A DNA stretch of 64,000 nt from NCBI GenBank assembly GCA_044225505.1, contig JBGAIN010000001.1:19642-83641 (forward strand). Reading direction: 5' to 3'. This DNA is from Limisphaerales bacterium (GTDB taxonomy: Bacteria; Verrucomicrobiota; Verrucomicrobiia; Limisphaerales; SIBE01). The position numbers and the translations under genes are program-made. Numbering within the stretch: the first letter of the stretch is position 1; every line of letters starts with the position of its first letter. The notes under the pieces were generated by a model, which was not told the DNA's origin, made no database searches, and saw only the letters and a list, made by a program, of their open reading frames with translations. Below, one piece after another: positions 32,180 to 43,272 of this stretch.

Positions 32180-32371
32180 AGATCGTGGTCTAGCCTGTTC
32201 GGAAGTCGAACGCAAAGGATTTCAGATACGGGCCGTCCCTGGAGGAAAGGCACCGGTCGTGGGCGAAGCGCTGAGGGCAAGCCGCTCTTTCCCCACGCAT
32301 CGCCTGGGTTCGATCAAATGCTCGAGAGAGACGGTCACCGGCTGTGCGAATCAGGAAATCTCTGTGATAAG

Positions 32372-33409
32372 TCAGGGCTTGCTTGCAGAATCGCGATTGG
32401 AGCGCAGATTCTCCACCATTTCCCGCACCGCTTGAACCACCAACTCCGGCTCGGCCATGGGAAAGCCGTGATCACTCGATTTCGCGAGGATCGACTTGGT
32501 TTTGTTGGAGATGGTCAGCAATCCCTTTTGCCCGCGTAGCCACCACTGCTGTCCCAACCCGTTGTCGGTCGCCTCAATTCGGCGGGAGATGACTGTGACT
32601 GGCATATCGCCCAAGTGCTTCATTGCGGCACGGACGCTCAACCAGTTCGACTCAGCTTCGAGTTCGTCGCAGATTGTCTCCACGCTTTTCGTGCGCGAGA
32701 GCATATCGAGCTGAATATCGTAGTTTGGCATTGTGGGGTGCATCCCGAGCACAATTGGCAACGCGAGCCTTGCTGTCCCAAGTCCTGTGCCGCTGGCCAA
32801 AATTCGATGGAAGATGCTAATCCGACCAAAAGGAAAATTGTCCTTGGCAGTGTCGTAATTCACTGAATCGACCAGGATCAATCCGGCAACTTCCTCAGGG
32901 TGCAAGCTGGCGTAAAGACGCATCGTCGATCCTCCCCACGAATACCCAAGAAGCACGAAAGGCGGCTTCACTCCTGTCTTCTGGAGCAGGATTCGGAGCT
33001 CCGTCTGGATTTGCTGGGCAGTGCGGGGTCGAAATCCTTGATCGCTCCAGCCGAAGCCTGCACGATCGTAGGTGAAGACTTCCGCAAACTTAGCGATTTC
33101 AGTCGATATGGGCGGCCAATTATAAGATGCACCCGCCATCCCGGCTTCCATAACGACCGTCGGGCTGCCGTTTCCTTGTCGCTGACAATGAAGACGGTGC
33201 CCGCCTACATCGATCAACTTCCCGGGCATGGTGTATTTTCTTTCAGTCTCGCGCGTGTGCTTCCATTGCCAAAGTGCACCCACAATAGCCAACAAGATCA
33301 GGAGCGATACCCCTGAGATAAGAATCCGGAGCGTCCATTTGACAAGCGAGTTAGCCATAAGCCAGGGAGTGATTCGCCATTCTCTGGCAGGTTCCGATGG
33401 CTTCTTCAA
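32372..33409 (-). CDS. Membrane-anchored alpha/beta hydrolase
   Basis: TM helix, PGKLIDVGGHRLH, YDRAGFGWSD, GYSWGG, SDHGFPMAEPELV. Confidence 0.9.
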   Translation of the reverse strand: MKKPSEPAREWRITPWLMANSLVKWTLRILISGVSLLILLAIVGALWQWKHTRETERKYTMPGKLIDVGGHRLHCQRQGNGSPTVVMEAGMAGASYNWPPISTEIAKFAEVFTYDRAGFGWSDQGFRPRTAQQIQTELRILLQKTGVKPPFVLLGYSWGGSTMRLYASLHPEEVAGLILVDSVNYDTAKDNFPFGRISIFHRILASGTGLGTARLALPIVLGMHPTMPNYDIQLDMLSRTKSVETICDELEAESNWLSVRAAMKHLGDMPVTVISRRIEATDNGLGQQWWLRGQKGLLTISNKTKSILAKSSDHGFPMAEPELVVQAVREMVENLRSNRDSASKP

Positions 33410-33449
33410 TCATTTTGATGACTAACGGTTCCCGACCTTTTGCTCAGCG

Positions 33450-33610
33450 CAAGCATTTCAGCTTCTTCCAAAGAATGGCGTGCCACTCCTTCTTAGCTCC
33501 CAAAATCAACCCGCCCTGCGGGCGGCACATCAATTTCAGCGTCTCGGCTTTTCAGTATTTCAGTGTTTTTGGAAAGGTCCTTGGTCCACGCGCAAGCGTG
33601 TCAGCTTTTT
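33450..33610 (+). repeat. Degenerate TTTCAGC-type short repeats
   Basis: gcatttcagc, tttcagcgtctcggcttttcagtatttcagtg, gcgtgtcagcttttt. Confidence 0.45.
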
Positions 33611-34665
33611 GAACCGCCCCGTTCCGACACCGCAGCGTAGATCTCTTGAAAAATCGTGTCCAAGGACGTTTCGATGTTCCATTGCGGGAAATGCGACCGC
33701 ATCTTGCTCAAGTCGCTGATGTAGCAGATGTGATCCCCTTCCCGCGCTTTATCAACGTATTCAAAGTCCATCTTTTGCCCGCTTAGCTGTGCGGCGCGAT
33801 CGAAAGCTTCCAGGATGGAACAACTGTTCCCCCGTCCTCCGCCAATATTATAGACCTCCCCGCAGCGCGGGTTTGTGGCAAAAGCTTGAATAAACCTGGC
33901 CACGTCCCGGGAATGGATGTTGTCTCGCACCTGCTTCCCTTTGTAACCAAAGACCTTGTAACGTCGACCTTCGACGTTGCATCGGATCAAGTAGCTGAGA
34001 AACCCATGGAGTTCCACCCCACTATGGTTGGGGCCGGTGAGACAGCCGCCTCGGAGACAGCAGGTCTTCATGCCGAAGTATCGTCCGTACTCCTGGACCA
34101 TGATATCCGCGGCAACCTTCGACGCGCCAAAAAGACTGTGTTTGCTCTGATCGATTGAGAAAGTCTCAGAGATTCCGTTAGCATACGCCTCGTCGGCGTA
34201 ATCCCAGCGCGTGGCGAGCTCATTAAGCGCAATTGTATTGGGTCGATCGCCGTAGACCTTGTTTGTGCTCATGTGGACGAACACGGCGTCCGGACGGTGC
34301 TGCCGGGTGGCTTCCAATAGATTGAGTGTCCCGCCGGCGTTGACGTCAAAGTCGTCGAACGGACGGGAAGCGGCGAGGTCATGGCTCGGTTGCGCTGCGG
34401 TATGGACGATGAGAGCAGGACGCAGACTCTTCAACAAGTCCTCGACATCCTTGCGGTTGCGAATATCCAGTTCGTGATGACTGAAATTCTGGTGCAAGGC
34501 GAGCAAGCGACGCTGGTTCCAGCGCGTATCGCCGCCAGGCCCGAAGAAACTGGCGCGCATATTATTGTCGATGCCATGAACTTTTCGGCCGTCCCGGCAA
34601 AAAAAATCCACGACTTCAGACCCGATCAGTCCGGACGAGCCAGTCACTAGTATATTGTCGGTCAT
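33601..34665 (-). CDS. NAD-dependent epimerase/dehydratase (CDP-paratose 2-epimerase-like)
   Basis: [45 protein letters not shown]. Confidence 0.92.
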   Translation of the reverse strand: MTDNILVTGSSGLIGSEVVDFFCRDGRKVHGIDNNMRASFFGPGGDTRWNQRRLLALHQNFSHHELDIRNRKDVEDLLKSLRPALIVHTAAQPSHDLAASRPFDDFDVNAGGTLNLLEATRQHRPDAVFVHMSTNKVYGDRPNTIALNELATRWDYADEAYANGISETFSIDQSKHSLFGASKVAADIMVQEYGRYFGMKTCCLRGGCLTGPNHSGVELHGFLSYLIRCNVEGRRYKVFGYKGKQVRDNIHSRDVARFIQAFATNPRCGEVYNIGGGRGNSCSILEAFDRAAQLSGQKMDFEYVDKAREGDHICYISDLSKMRSHFPQWNIETSLDTIFQEIYAAVSERGGSKS

Positions 34666-34952
34666 AGGACGCTAAAACATCGAGTAGGTCTCCATGTGGA
34701 AACCTGCCATTAACACATAGTACTTGGCAACGACTCTGGCCACGCCAGTGCTTCACGAAGGGTTTCATGGCCTTTCCAGGATCGCTTCTGCCATCTGGGG
34801 GCAGGCTAACGATTTAGCAACTCCGATAAAAGCGGAAACAGAGTGCCCCCTCGTTTCGTGCTGACCAGCGGTAAGAAGCAGTCAAAGCCTGTCAGCATCC
34901 GAGTGCGTCATCGCATTGGATTGATGGCGCGACTTCTTGCGTGACGAAGGAG

Positions 34953-35300
34953 TCAACAAACCAGTGGAAATCCTCCCTCTCGTTTCGGCACGGCGGTCAA
35001 AAGGCCCCAGACCGGAAGCCCCTCTACTCGGCCCCGGACAGCGGTCGGTTTGTTATCCTTATCGTAAACTTGGCACGCGATGGAACCGCCCTTCGCCCAG
35101 GCTGTGCCTTCTGTCCAGGCGACGAGGGTTTCACCGTCCGCGTTGCTCGCAGTCATCGGATGCTTGCGCTAGGCTTCCGGCCCCGGAGATGCAGGCTTCG
35201 AAAGCTCCAGAGTGGATCGATCGACTTTGGCGAGAAAGATGTCGATCCCTGTCTTCCAAGCCAACCATGCTCCAGACGGCGTCCGCTGTGACAGAGCCGT
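34953..35300 (-). pseudogene. C-terminal remnant of a conserved hypothetical protein
   Basis: ETLVAWTEGTAWAKGGSIACQVYD...GLPVWGL looks protein-like, but upstream frames are broken. Confidence 0.4.
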
Positions 35301-35658
35301 CCCGGCTCTGGTTCCCACGCTGCTTAACAGAAGGCAGCAAAGGCAATGAAGCGCGACATCCTCTTCGTTGCCTTGCTTATCTTCTGTAAAAAGCTGACAG
35401 CTAAGGCGGGTTGCGGGATCATTGACTAGAGACCAAAGACAAAAGTTCTTTTCCGGAAACGCTGAGAAACGGAGACGCTGAGATGCGACTGCGGCTGGTG
35501 CTGGATACACAGCCGCGCGCCGTGAAATGCACAACTGGCCGTCGACGGTGCGCTACACATCATTTATCAACGGGCGTCGTAGCTTGGGTCGATGTCGGGC
35601 AAGCGCCGGTATCGTTGGCCACAGTGTGCCCAGGGATCGGCGGATGTTCGGCGGGTTT

Positions 35659-38600
35659 TTATAATCCGGTTTGAGTGCGTTCCTGCTCCGCCTTTTCCCA
35701 CTGCACAAACTGACGGCTCAGTTGTGCCCAGGGCTTGCGCGGCGGACGCGGTCCTGGAACCCATTCGACTTGTCGACCACGCCAGAGGGAGTAGATCGCT
35801 GGCACAATCTCCAGCGTCAAAATTGTGCTGGTAATGAGTCCGCCGATCATCGGAGCGGCGATGCGCTGAATCGCTTCGGCGCCTGCGCCGTGGGCCCAAA
35901 GGGCCGGCACCAGCCCCATCGTGACCATGGCCACGGTCATCAGTTTGGGCCGGACGCGCTGCACTGCCCCGTAGGTGATGGCTTCAAACAGGTCATGCTG
36001 CGTTTTCATTCGGCCAGCCCGTTGGTAAGCGTGGAACGCTTCATCCAGGTAAATAATCATCACGGTGCCGGTTTGAGCTGCGAGTCCGGCCAGTGCGATA
36101 ATGCCGACCCAGACCGCAATGCTCATATTGTAGTCCAGAAGCCAAAGCAGCCAGATACTGCCCGTCATTGCGAACGGGATAGAGAGAAGGATAATGAAAG
36201 TCTCCGCGATGCTCTTGAAGTTGAGGTAGAGCAGCACAAAAATCAGGGTGAGCGTGACGGGAACAACGAGCTTGAGTCGCTCTTTAACACGTAGCATATG
36301 CTCGTATTGGCCGGACCACTCCAGCCGGTAACCGGACGGGAGAAGACCGCGCTTCTCGATCTGATCTTCGACCGCTTTCTTGGCTTCCTCCACATAACCG
36401 CCGATGTCGCGACCGGACATGTCGACGTAAACCCAACCGGTCAGGGCGCCATCTTCATTACGGATGACGGGTGGGCCGGTGGTCGTCCGCATATCGACGA
36501 GTTGCCCAATCGGAATCTGGCGAACGTTCTTGGCTGTATTCGGCGGAGTGGTGGACATACCGCTCGCGTCATCATCTGGGCCGGAAGATTCGCCCATCCC
36601 GGGAATCATGGGGACGAGCACGCGCTGTAGTTTTTCAACGTCATCGCGTAGTTCACGACTGTATCGGACGTTGATCGAATAGCGCTCCCGGCCCTCGATG
36701 GTACGCTCGAAAGACATGCCGCCAATGGCAGTCTCCACGAGCACCAGGACATCTTCTACGTTTAGGCCGTAGCGAGCGATCGCTTCGCGCTTTGGGATGA
36801 TGTCCAAGTAGTACCCGCCCGTGGTCCGTTCCGCATAAACGCTGCGGGTCCCACGAATGTTGCGGATCACCGATTCCAGATGTTCGCCCAGTTTATTGAT
36901 CTCGGAAAGTTCCGGGCCGAAGATTTTGACTCCGATGGGAGTGCGAATGCCGGTGGTCAACATGTCGATTCGCCCCTTAATCGGCATGGTCCAGGCGTTG
37001 ACTTGTCCTGGAATCTGGAGCGCTTCGTCCATCTCGGCGATCAACTCTTCCCACGTGATCTGGCGTTGGTCAGGCCAGACCTTGCGCAGACCCGTTTGGA
37101 ACCACGCCGGCGTCCAACTCGAATACCAGCGTGGATGCGCAATCTTGCGCCACTCTTTCTCCGGTTTTAGCGCCACAACGCTTTCGAACATCTCGAGCGG
37201 AGCGGGATCGGTGGCGGTTTCAGAGCGGCCCGCTTTGCCGTGCACCGTGAGCACTTCCGGGAATTGTTTGATCACGCGATCCTGGATTTGCATGAGCCGA
37301 GTCGCTTCCGAGACGGAAATGGTAGGCAGGGTAGTCGGCATGTACAAGATGGTCCCTTCATTCAGCGGCGGCATGAATTCAGAGCCGATCCGTTTGTAGA
37401 TCGGAACCGCGGACGCCACCGCCACGATGGCTATGGCAATGGAGAGAAAGCGTCGTGTCATGAGCAAACTCACCCAGGGATAGTAAAGCCGGTGGAGGAT
37501 CCGACTGATGGGATGCTTATGTTCAGGAACTACTTTGGCTCCGGTCATCAGCACGATCAGCGCCGGGCCGATGGTGATGGAGAGGAAAGCGGCCCAAGCC
37601 ATGGTAAAGGTCTTGGTGAAGGCGAGCGGCTTGAACATGCGGCCTTCCTGCGACTCGAGCGTGAACACTGGCATAAAGCTCACCGTGATCACGAGCAGAG
37701 CGAAGAAGAGCGGTTTGCCTAGTTGTTTGCAGGCTTTGATGATGACTTCCTGCTTTTCTTTGCGCGTCAGCCCGGGCGGAGCATGTTCCAGATGCTTGTG
37801 GACATTCTCCACCATAACCACGGCTTCGTCACAGATGGCGCCGATGGCGATCGCAATGCCAGCCAGCGACATGATATTGGCCGTCAGGCCCATCCAGTAC
37901 ATCGGGATAAAGGCCAACGAAACAGCGATGGGCAAAGTGATAATGGCGCGCAGGGCTCCACCGACATCGAGGAGGAAGACAATGACGATGATGGAGACGA
38001 TGATTGATTCTTCGATGATCGTCCGGGTCAATGTCTGGATCGACCGGTTGATGAGATCTGATCGGTCGTAGGTGGTCACAATTTCAATCCCAGGGGGCAG
38101 GGAAGGTTTGACCTCGTCGATCTTGGCTTTGATCCGATCGATCACTTGCAAGACATTTTGACCGAAACGAACGACGACAATCCCTCCAACCGTTTCGCCT
38201 TCGCCGTTGAATTCGCCGGCGCCTCGGCGCATTTCCGGACCGAGCGCGATATTTCGGGCGACATCGCGCAAAAGGATCGGCGTGCCTTTGGCGTCTGCGC
38301 CAACCACGACCAAGCGCAGTTCTTCCAACGACTTGATGTAACCCTGGCCGCGCACTAGGTAGGTAGTCCCGTTCCGGTCCAGTTCACGTCCACCGACGTC
38401 ATTGTTGGCCGCGCGAATAGAGGAGACTACCTTGGTGATCGGCACGTTGTAGGCGAGGAGCTTGTTGGGATCGATTTCGACTTGGTATTGCTTCTGGAAG
38501 CCGCCGTAAGTGGCAACCTCCGCAACACCGTCCACGCTCTGGATCCAATAGCGCAGATTCCAATCTTGGAACGAGCGAAGGTCCGCCAGGTCATGACGTC

Positions 38601-39093
38601 CACTGCGATCGACGAGGGCATATTGAAATCCCCAGCCGACCCCTGTGGCATCAGGGCCTAGCACAGGTGTGACGCCGGGCGGTAGGTTACCGGTTAGGCC
38701 CTGCATGTATTCCAGCACCCGCGACCTGGCCCAGTAGATATCGGTGCCATCGTCGAACACGGCATAGACGAAGGAATAGCCGAAGAACGAATAACCCCGG
38801 ACGACCTTGACCTTGGGTGCGGAAATGAGCTTGGTGACGATGGGATAAGTGATTTGATCCTCGACCAGGTTTGGACTGCGACCTTCCCATTGGGTAAAGA
38901 CAATCACTTGAGCGTCTGACAAATCGGGAATTGCGTCCAAAGGGGTCTGGCGCATCGAATAGAGGCCGGCCAAGGTCAGAGCGCCGACCATCATGAAGAC
39001 CATGAATTTGTTGCGCGCGCTCCACTCGATGATGCGCTCGATAATCGCTTCCTTGGGTGGGAGCGGACAAGGAGCCTGAGCGGTTCCAGACAT
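35659..39093 (-). CDS. cusA: CusA/SilA-type heavy-metal efflux RND permease
   Basis: PLDAIPDLSDAQVIV, VEDQITYP, YWARSRVLEY, LGPDATGVGW, GSEFMPPLNEG..LYMP, DPAPLEMFE (CusA Met residues), RVRPKLMT. Confidence 0.95.
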   Translation of the reverse strand: MSGTAQAPCPLPPKEAIIERIIEWSARNKFMVFMMVGALTLAGLYSMRQTPLDAIPDLSDAQVIVFTQWEGRSPNLVEDQITYPIVTKLISAPKVKVVRGYSFFGYSFVYAVFDDGTDIYWARSRVLEYMQGLTGNLPPGVTPVLGPDATGVGWGFQYALVDRSGRHDLADLRSFQDWNLRYWIQSVDGVAEVATYGGFQKQYQVEIDPNKLLAYNVPITKVVSSIRAANNDVGGRELDRNGTTYLVRGQGYIKSLEELRLVVVGADAKGTPILLRDVARNIALGPEMRRGAGEFNGEGETVGGIVVVRFGQNVLQVIDRIKAKIDEVKPSLPPGIEIVTTYDRSDLINRSIQTLTRTIIEESIIVSIIVIVFLLDVGGALRAIITLPIAVSLAFIPMYWMGLTANIMSLAGIAIAIGAICDEAVVMVENVHKHLEHAPPGLTRKEKQEVIIKACKQLGKPLFFALLVITVSFMPVFTLESQEGRMFKPLAFTKTFTMAWAAFLSITIGPALIVLMTGAKVVPEHKHPISRILHRLYYPWVSLLMTRRFLSIAIAIVAVASAVPIYKRIGSEFMPPLNEGTILYMPTTLPTISVSEATRLMQIQDRVIKQFPEVLTVHGKAGRSETATDPAPLEMFESVVALKPEKEWRKIAHPRWYSSWTPAWFQTGLRKVWPDQRQITWEELIAEMDEALQIPGQVNAWTMPIKGRIDMLTTGIRTPIGVKIFGPELSEINKLGEHLESVIRNIRGTRSVYAERTTGGYYLDIIPKREAIARYGLNVEDVLVLVETAIGGMSFERTIEGRERYSINVRYSRELRDDVEKLQRVLVPMIPGMGESSGPDDDASGMSTTPPNTAKNVRQIPIGQLVDMRTTTGPPVIRNEDGALTGWVYVDMSGRDIGGYVEEAKKAVEDQIEKRGLLPSGYRLEWSGQYEHMLRVKERLKLVVPVTLTLIFVLLYLNFKSIAETFIILLSIPFAMTGSIWLLWLLDYNMSIAVWVGIIALAGLAAQTGTVMIIYLDEAFHAYQRAGRMKTQHDLFEAITYGAVQRVRPKLMTVAMVTMGLVPALWAHGAGAEAIQRIAAPMIGGLITSTILTLEIVPAIYSLWRGRQVEWVPGPRPPRKPWAQLSRQFVQWEKAEQERTQTGL

Positions 39094-39114
39094 AATCAGG
39101 CGACAAATCGAGGT

Positions 39115-40554
39115 TTAGTGTTGGTGGGTTTCCGATGAGCCCATCCCCGCAATGGCCGCTTTTAGTTGGCTTTCCGAATCCACCAGAAACAGAGCGCGCG
39201 AAACCACCTTCTCACCGTCTTTGAGCCCCGAGAGCACTTCGTAGTAGTCGTCTGTCTTGATGCCAACTTTGATCTCGCGCGGTTCCAGATGTTTGTCTGG
39301 GCTATCTACGAACGCCACATACCGCAACCCCGTATCGATTAGGGAACTTGAGGGGACGGTCAAACGTTCGCCCGCGTTGACCTCGATCTCAACGTTGGCC
39401 CACATGTCCGGACGGAGGTGGTGATGATGGTTCTCGAGTTCCAGTCGAACTTCCCCTCGGCGCGTCTGCGCCTCGATATGGGGATAGATGAAAGTCAGTT
39501 TGGCCGGAAACGACTCGTTGTTGAGGTAAGGAAAGTTGACGATGGCATCCTGGCCCACCTGGATTAGGGAGAGCTCGTATTCAAAAACCGAGGCGCGCAA
39601 CCAAACGCTGGAGAGGTCCGACATTTCGTAGAGGGATTCGCCAGCCATGAAGGCTTTCCCTTCCACCGCGTTCTTTACAAGTACGTGTCCTGAGAACGGC
39701 GCGCGGAAGAGCAATTCGGCACTCGGCTTGCCCCGCTCCTCCAAAGCTTTGATTTCTTCCTCGTCGATTTCAAACAGGGCGAGGCGAAGGCGCGCCGATT
39801 CCAAGAGGGCATTCGCGGATTCCCGTGCGCTGGCATGAGCGTCCGCTTTCACAGACCGGGCGGCCCGCCAGGCGACCAGGTATTCGTTCTCAGTGGAGAA
39901 GAGTTCAGGACTATAAACAGAGAATAATGGGTCGCCCTTTGCAACTGGAGCGCCGGTAAAGTTACCGTTGAGCTTGCGCACCCAACCAGCGAAACGCGGG
40001 GCAATCTTGGTGTAGCGGGTTTCATCGTGTTGCACCACGGCAGCAGTGCGAACGGTCCGGGTCAGTTTCCTCGTCTTTACCGACGAGAGGGTCAAACCGA
40101 TCAGCTGCCGCTTGTCTGGAGAGAGGCTAATGCGAATGCGTCCGGGGACCGACGGAGCGGCTGCGGCTTCCTCTTGGCCAACGAGAGTGGCCGGTCCGGC
40201 CGCTTTCTCGATCAGCGTCATGCCGCACTTGGGGCATTTCCCTGGCCCGTCCTGCACCGCTTCGGCGCCCATTGGACAATAAAACTGGCCCAGTTTAACG
40301 CGGGCGATCCGCTCCTCGGCTTGCGATCGAACGGGCGGCGGAGCGGCTTTTTCTTCGTTAATCGGGACGAGCCGCATACCGCAGATCGGGCAATCGCCCG
40401 GCTTGTCGCTCACGTAAGTGGGATGCATCGGGCAGTGATAACGATGCCCGGACTTGACGGTTCCTGGAGAATGCGATCTGTCGCAGCCGACGACCAGCGA
40501 ACTGATAAGTAGTGTGACTGCAAAGCGAAGGAGTGTCGTCAGCGTGGCACGCAT
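39115..40554 (-). CDS. cusB: CusB-like RND membrane fusion protein with two heavy-metal-binding domains
   Basis: YHCPMHP...PGDCPICGMRLVP, FYCPM...CPKCGMTL, YSPEL, LRPDMWA, FLVDSESQL. Confidence 0.92.
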   Translation of the reverse strand: MRATLTTLLRFAVTLLISSLVVGCDRSHSPGTVKSGHRYHCPMHPTYVSDKPGDCPICGMRLVPINEEKAAPPPVRSQAEERIARVKLGQFYCPMGAEAVQDGPGKCPKCGMTLIEKAAGPATLVGQEEAAAAPSVPGRIRISLSPDKRQLIGLTLSSVKTRKLTRTVRTAAVVQHDETRYTKIAPRFAGWVRKLNGNFTGAPVAKGDPLFSVYSPELFSTENEYLVAWRAARSVKADAHASARESANALLESARLRLALFEIDEEEIKALEERGKPSAELLFRAPFSGHVLVKNAVEGKAFMAGESLYEMSDLSSVWLRASVFEYELSLIQVGQDAIVNFPYLNNESFPAKLTFIYPHIEAQTRRGEVRLELENHHHHLRPDMWANVEIEVNAGERLTVPSSSLIDTGLRYVAFVDSPDKHLEPREIKVGIKTDDYYEVLSGLKDGEKVVSRALFLVDSESQLKAAIAGMGSSETHQH

Positions 40555-40556
40555 GG

Positions 40557-41975
40557 CTATTTCTGGTTTTCAAACGGAGCGACCGCTTGAGGGAGGGGAT
40601 CGACGGCCGGGCTGAGTATCGGCGCGGTGGGAGGTTGAATTCCCACGATAAGAAGAGAAAGCTCGGCCAAGGCGAGTTCACGCTTTGTGCGCGCTTCGAC
40701 TTCCGCAAGCTGAAATTCAAGCAACGACCGTTCGGCATCGAGCAAATTGATGAAATCGGTTCGACCGGAGCTGTATCCGGAAAGTGCGACTTCGAGCGAT
40801 TGGTGGGCTTTGGGAAGCAGCGAGTCGACGAGCAGGCTCAGATTCCGCGTCGCTTCTCGATACATGAAGGATCTATCCGCGAACTCTACGGCCAGCTGTA
40901 TTTGTTCTCCGGATAACCGGGCCTGGGCCGCGTGGCGTTTCGCCTGGGCACCGGCAATCTCCGCGGCGATTTTGTCGCGCCAGATGGGCAGCGTCATTCC
41001 GACGGTGGGCCGCCAGATTACCGGACTGGCTTTGACATCGGCCTCCACACTCACATTAAAATCGGGTAACCGGCTTTGATGGGCCAAGCGAATCCCTACC
41101 TCGGCCCTGCGAACCTCGCTCTCCATCTGTTTGAGTCGTGGATTTCGGGCAAGAGCGGTAGCGAATAAATGGTCGGACGTTAGATCTAGCGGAGTCGATT
41201 CAAACTTCCCGGGAAAGGGAGGGGTGGGCTCACTCGGGTGCATTCCCAGAGCGGCTTTGAATTGGGCCAGCATCGGGTTCCGAGAATCCTCCATATTCAC
41301 GATCTCGGTCTTGAGTCGTTCCTGTTCAATCTGAGCACGCAACGCGTCTTGTAATGTCGCCTTGCCTGAGGCCGATTGGGCGCGAGCGATTTCTTCGAGG
41401 CGGCCAATCAGACCGAGGGTTTCCTGGGCAATTCGGATCCGCTCGTTCAGAAAATGAAGTTGATAGAACGGCCGTTTGACATCATAGGCCGCGCGCAATA
41501 CGGCCGATTCGAAGGCGAAATACTTGGCTTGGCTTTCTGCGGAGGCGACGTCGGCCTGTATGCGCAATCGTTTCATCGAGGGGACGTCGGCCATAAGCCC
41601 GGGCATCACGACGGTTACGACGTCTTGAAGGTCGAGTTCCAGAGTCAGCCGCGGATCGGGAAGGGATCGGTCGACGGTGATTCGTTCGACGGCAGCCGCA
41701 TATTCGTAATAAGCTGCTTCAACCTGAGGTTGGTTGAGCAGGGCGTAGGTTAGGAAAGTTCCTAAAGGGATATTCGTATTAAGAACAGGCAAGTTGGCTT
41801 TCTGATGGCCCGGGGAATAGGCCGCGGTGACGGCGCTCAGGTCGCGGCGTGCTCCTGTTTCGTTGGAAGTGGGTATTCCTTTGCAGCCTGCCAACAGCAC
41901 CATGGCAACGGTTGTGGAGACGGCGGCCATGATCCAGCTTGATCCTGGGTGAGCCCCTGGGAGTTTTTGACTCAT
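40557..41975 (-). CDS. TolC-family outer membrane efflux lipoprotein
   Basis: Lipobox LLAGC, LPDP, YSSGRTDFINLLDAER; first gene of the CBA block. Confidence 0.9.
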   Translation of the reverse strand: MSQKLPGAHPGSSWIMAAVSTTVAMVLLAGCKGIPTSNETGARRDLSAVTAAYSPGHQKANLPVLNTNIPLGTFLTYALLNQPQVEAAYYEYAAAVERITVDRSLPDPRLTLELDLQDVVTVVMPGLMADVPSMKRLRIQADVASAESQAKYFAFESAVLRAAYDVKRPFYQLHFLNERIRIAQETLGLIGRLEEIARAQSASGKATLQDALRAQIEQERLKTEIVNMEDSRNPMLAQFKAALGMHPSEPTPPFPGKFESTPLDLTSDHLFATALARNPRLKQMESEVRRAEVGIRLAHQSRLPDFNVSVEADVKASPVIWRPTVGMTLPIWRDKIAAEIAGAQAKRHAAQARLSGEQIQLAVEFADRSFMYREATRNLSLLVDSLLPKAHQSLEVALSGYSSGRTDFINLLDAERSLLEFQLAEVEARTKRELALAELSLLIVGIQPPTAPILSPAVDPLPQAVAPFENQK

Positions 41976-42092
41976 GTCGGTGCGCGTTGCGTCTGGCTCT
42001 GGATCCTCGATCGTGTCTTGCGGTCGAGCGAAGGCGCTCTGGGTGTCGGTAGAGACCTTAGCAACCCGCTGATTGGCTTCCGTCCTATTGCT

Positions 42093-42118
42093 TACGCGCC
42101 CGGCAGTGAAAGCCCTCA
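42093..42118 (-). promoter_or_regulatory. Putative ECF promoter TGAGGG-N16-CGTA upstream of the efflux operon
   Basis: Same boxes and spacer at 44232-44257. Confidence 0.6.
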
Positions 42119-42203
42119 GACTATTTCCGGGGAAGATGCTTTCGGGGGCTCTTCATCGGGGTTCGGCTTCATCGCCAGGTTCTGCTGGGGGAGTCTGTGA
42201 CCA

Positions 42204-42797
42204 TTAGGCCTCGAGAAGGTGTGCCAGCGTATCTTTCAACTGCTTCCGCGCTCGGTAGATGCGCATTTCCACGGCTTTCGCGGTGCAACCGAGGATCGCT
42301 GCAATCTCGTCGTGGGATTGATGCTCGTATTCCGCGAACACAAGCGGGAGGCGCAATTCTTCAGGGAGGCTGGCGATCGCTCGACGCACGATCTCGCCGC
42401 GCTCATCAGCGATCAACTGTGCTCCCGGATCGGCCCGGGGTTCAGGAATGGTTGTGCCCAAGCCTTGGCCGGTGACTGGATTCTCAGCCTCCAGAGACAC
42501 TTCTGGCCGTCGCGCGCGCCAACGCCAGCGATCTCGAATCAGGTTGGTGGCAATAGTATAAAGCCAGGTGGAAAACTTTTGCTTGGAATCGAACTTCTGG
42601 CGATTTTGATAAACCCGGACAAACGTCTCTTGAGCCAAATCCGCGGCGTCGGATTCGTCCTGGGTCAACCGGATGAGGTAATGAAAAAGCCGCTCGGCGT
42701 GACGTTCCATCAGCTCGTCGAGACTGGCGTCGTGCCCTGCCGCAAGTCGCACCATCGACTGACGATCGTCGTCTTCAGTGGTGGGCGTGGGCATCAT
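42204..42797 (-). CDS. ECF sigma factor (CnrH-like position)
   Basis: DAADLAQETFVRVY, KFSTWLYTIATN, SHDEIAAILGCTAKAVEMRIYRAR. Confidence 0.92.
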   Translation of the reverse strand: MMPTPTTEDDDRQSMVRLAAGHDASLDELMERHAERLFHYLIRLTQDESDAADLAQETFVRVYQNRQKFDSKQKFSTWLYTIATNLIRDRWRWRARRPEVSLEAENPVTGQGLGTTIPEPRADPGAQLIADERGEIVRRAIASLPEELRLPLVFAEYEHQSHDEIAAILGCTAKAVEMRIYRARKQLKDTLAHLLEA

Positions 42798-43272
42798 GAG
42801 GGCCGGGGCCAACGCGGGGGACCATCGACTCGTGGCTTGGCACAATCGTGATTGATTGCATCCAGCTCAAATAACGGCGGCCCTGTTCGGCAGGCATGGC
42901 TTGGCTAACCTGCAGGAAGTGTCTAATCATTTCTCCAGAACATTCTGCCCTGAGTTGGGCAGCGTCTGAAAGGACCTTTCGCAGTTGGGGAGTCACATTG
43001 GTGGCTTCCATCATTAGCCTAGCCATTTCCCGGTTTTTCTCATCGATCTTTCGACAAAACTCCGCGCAAACCGGCTTGTAAGCCTCATGCAACGTGCGGA
43101 TGCGCTCAAATTCAGTGTCGCTCAGCTGAAAATCCTTTCGCAGCCAAGCGAGCTCAGGCCCGCACTTTCGTTCTAATTCCCGATCCCTTGCGGTCCGACC
43201 CAGGTAAAGGGCGCCGTAGCCGACTAGCGCTAGGCCCAGCCCAAGACAAGCAATGATCGAGGGCCGCTTCAC
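42775..43272 (-). CDS. Periplasmic heavy-metal sensor (CnrX-like), Cys/His/Met-rich
   Basis: N-terminal TM, ELAWLRKDFQLS, LHEAYKPVCAEFC, ECSGEMIRH, His-rich tail. Confidence 0.75.
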   Translation of the reverse strand: MKRPSIIACLGLGLALVGYGALYLGRTARDRELERKCGPELAWLRKDFQLSDTEFERIRTLHEAYKPVCAEFCRKIDEKNREMARLMMEATNVTPQLRKVLSDAAQLRAECSGEMIRHFLQVSQAMPAEQGRRYLSWMQSITIVPSHESMVPRVGPGPHDAHAHH

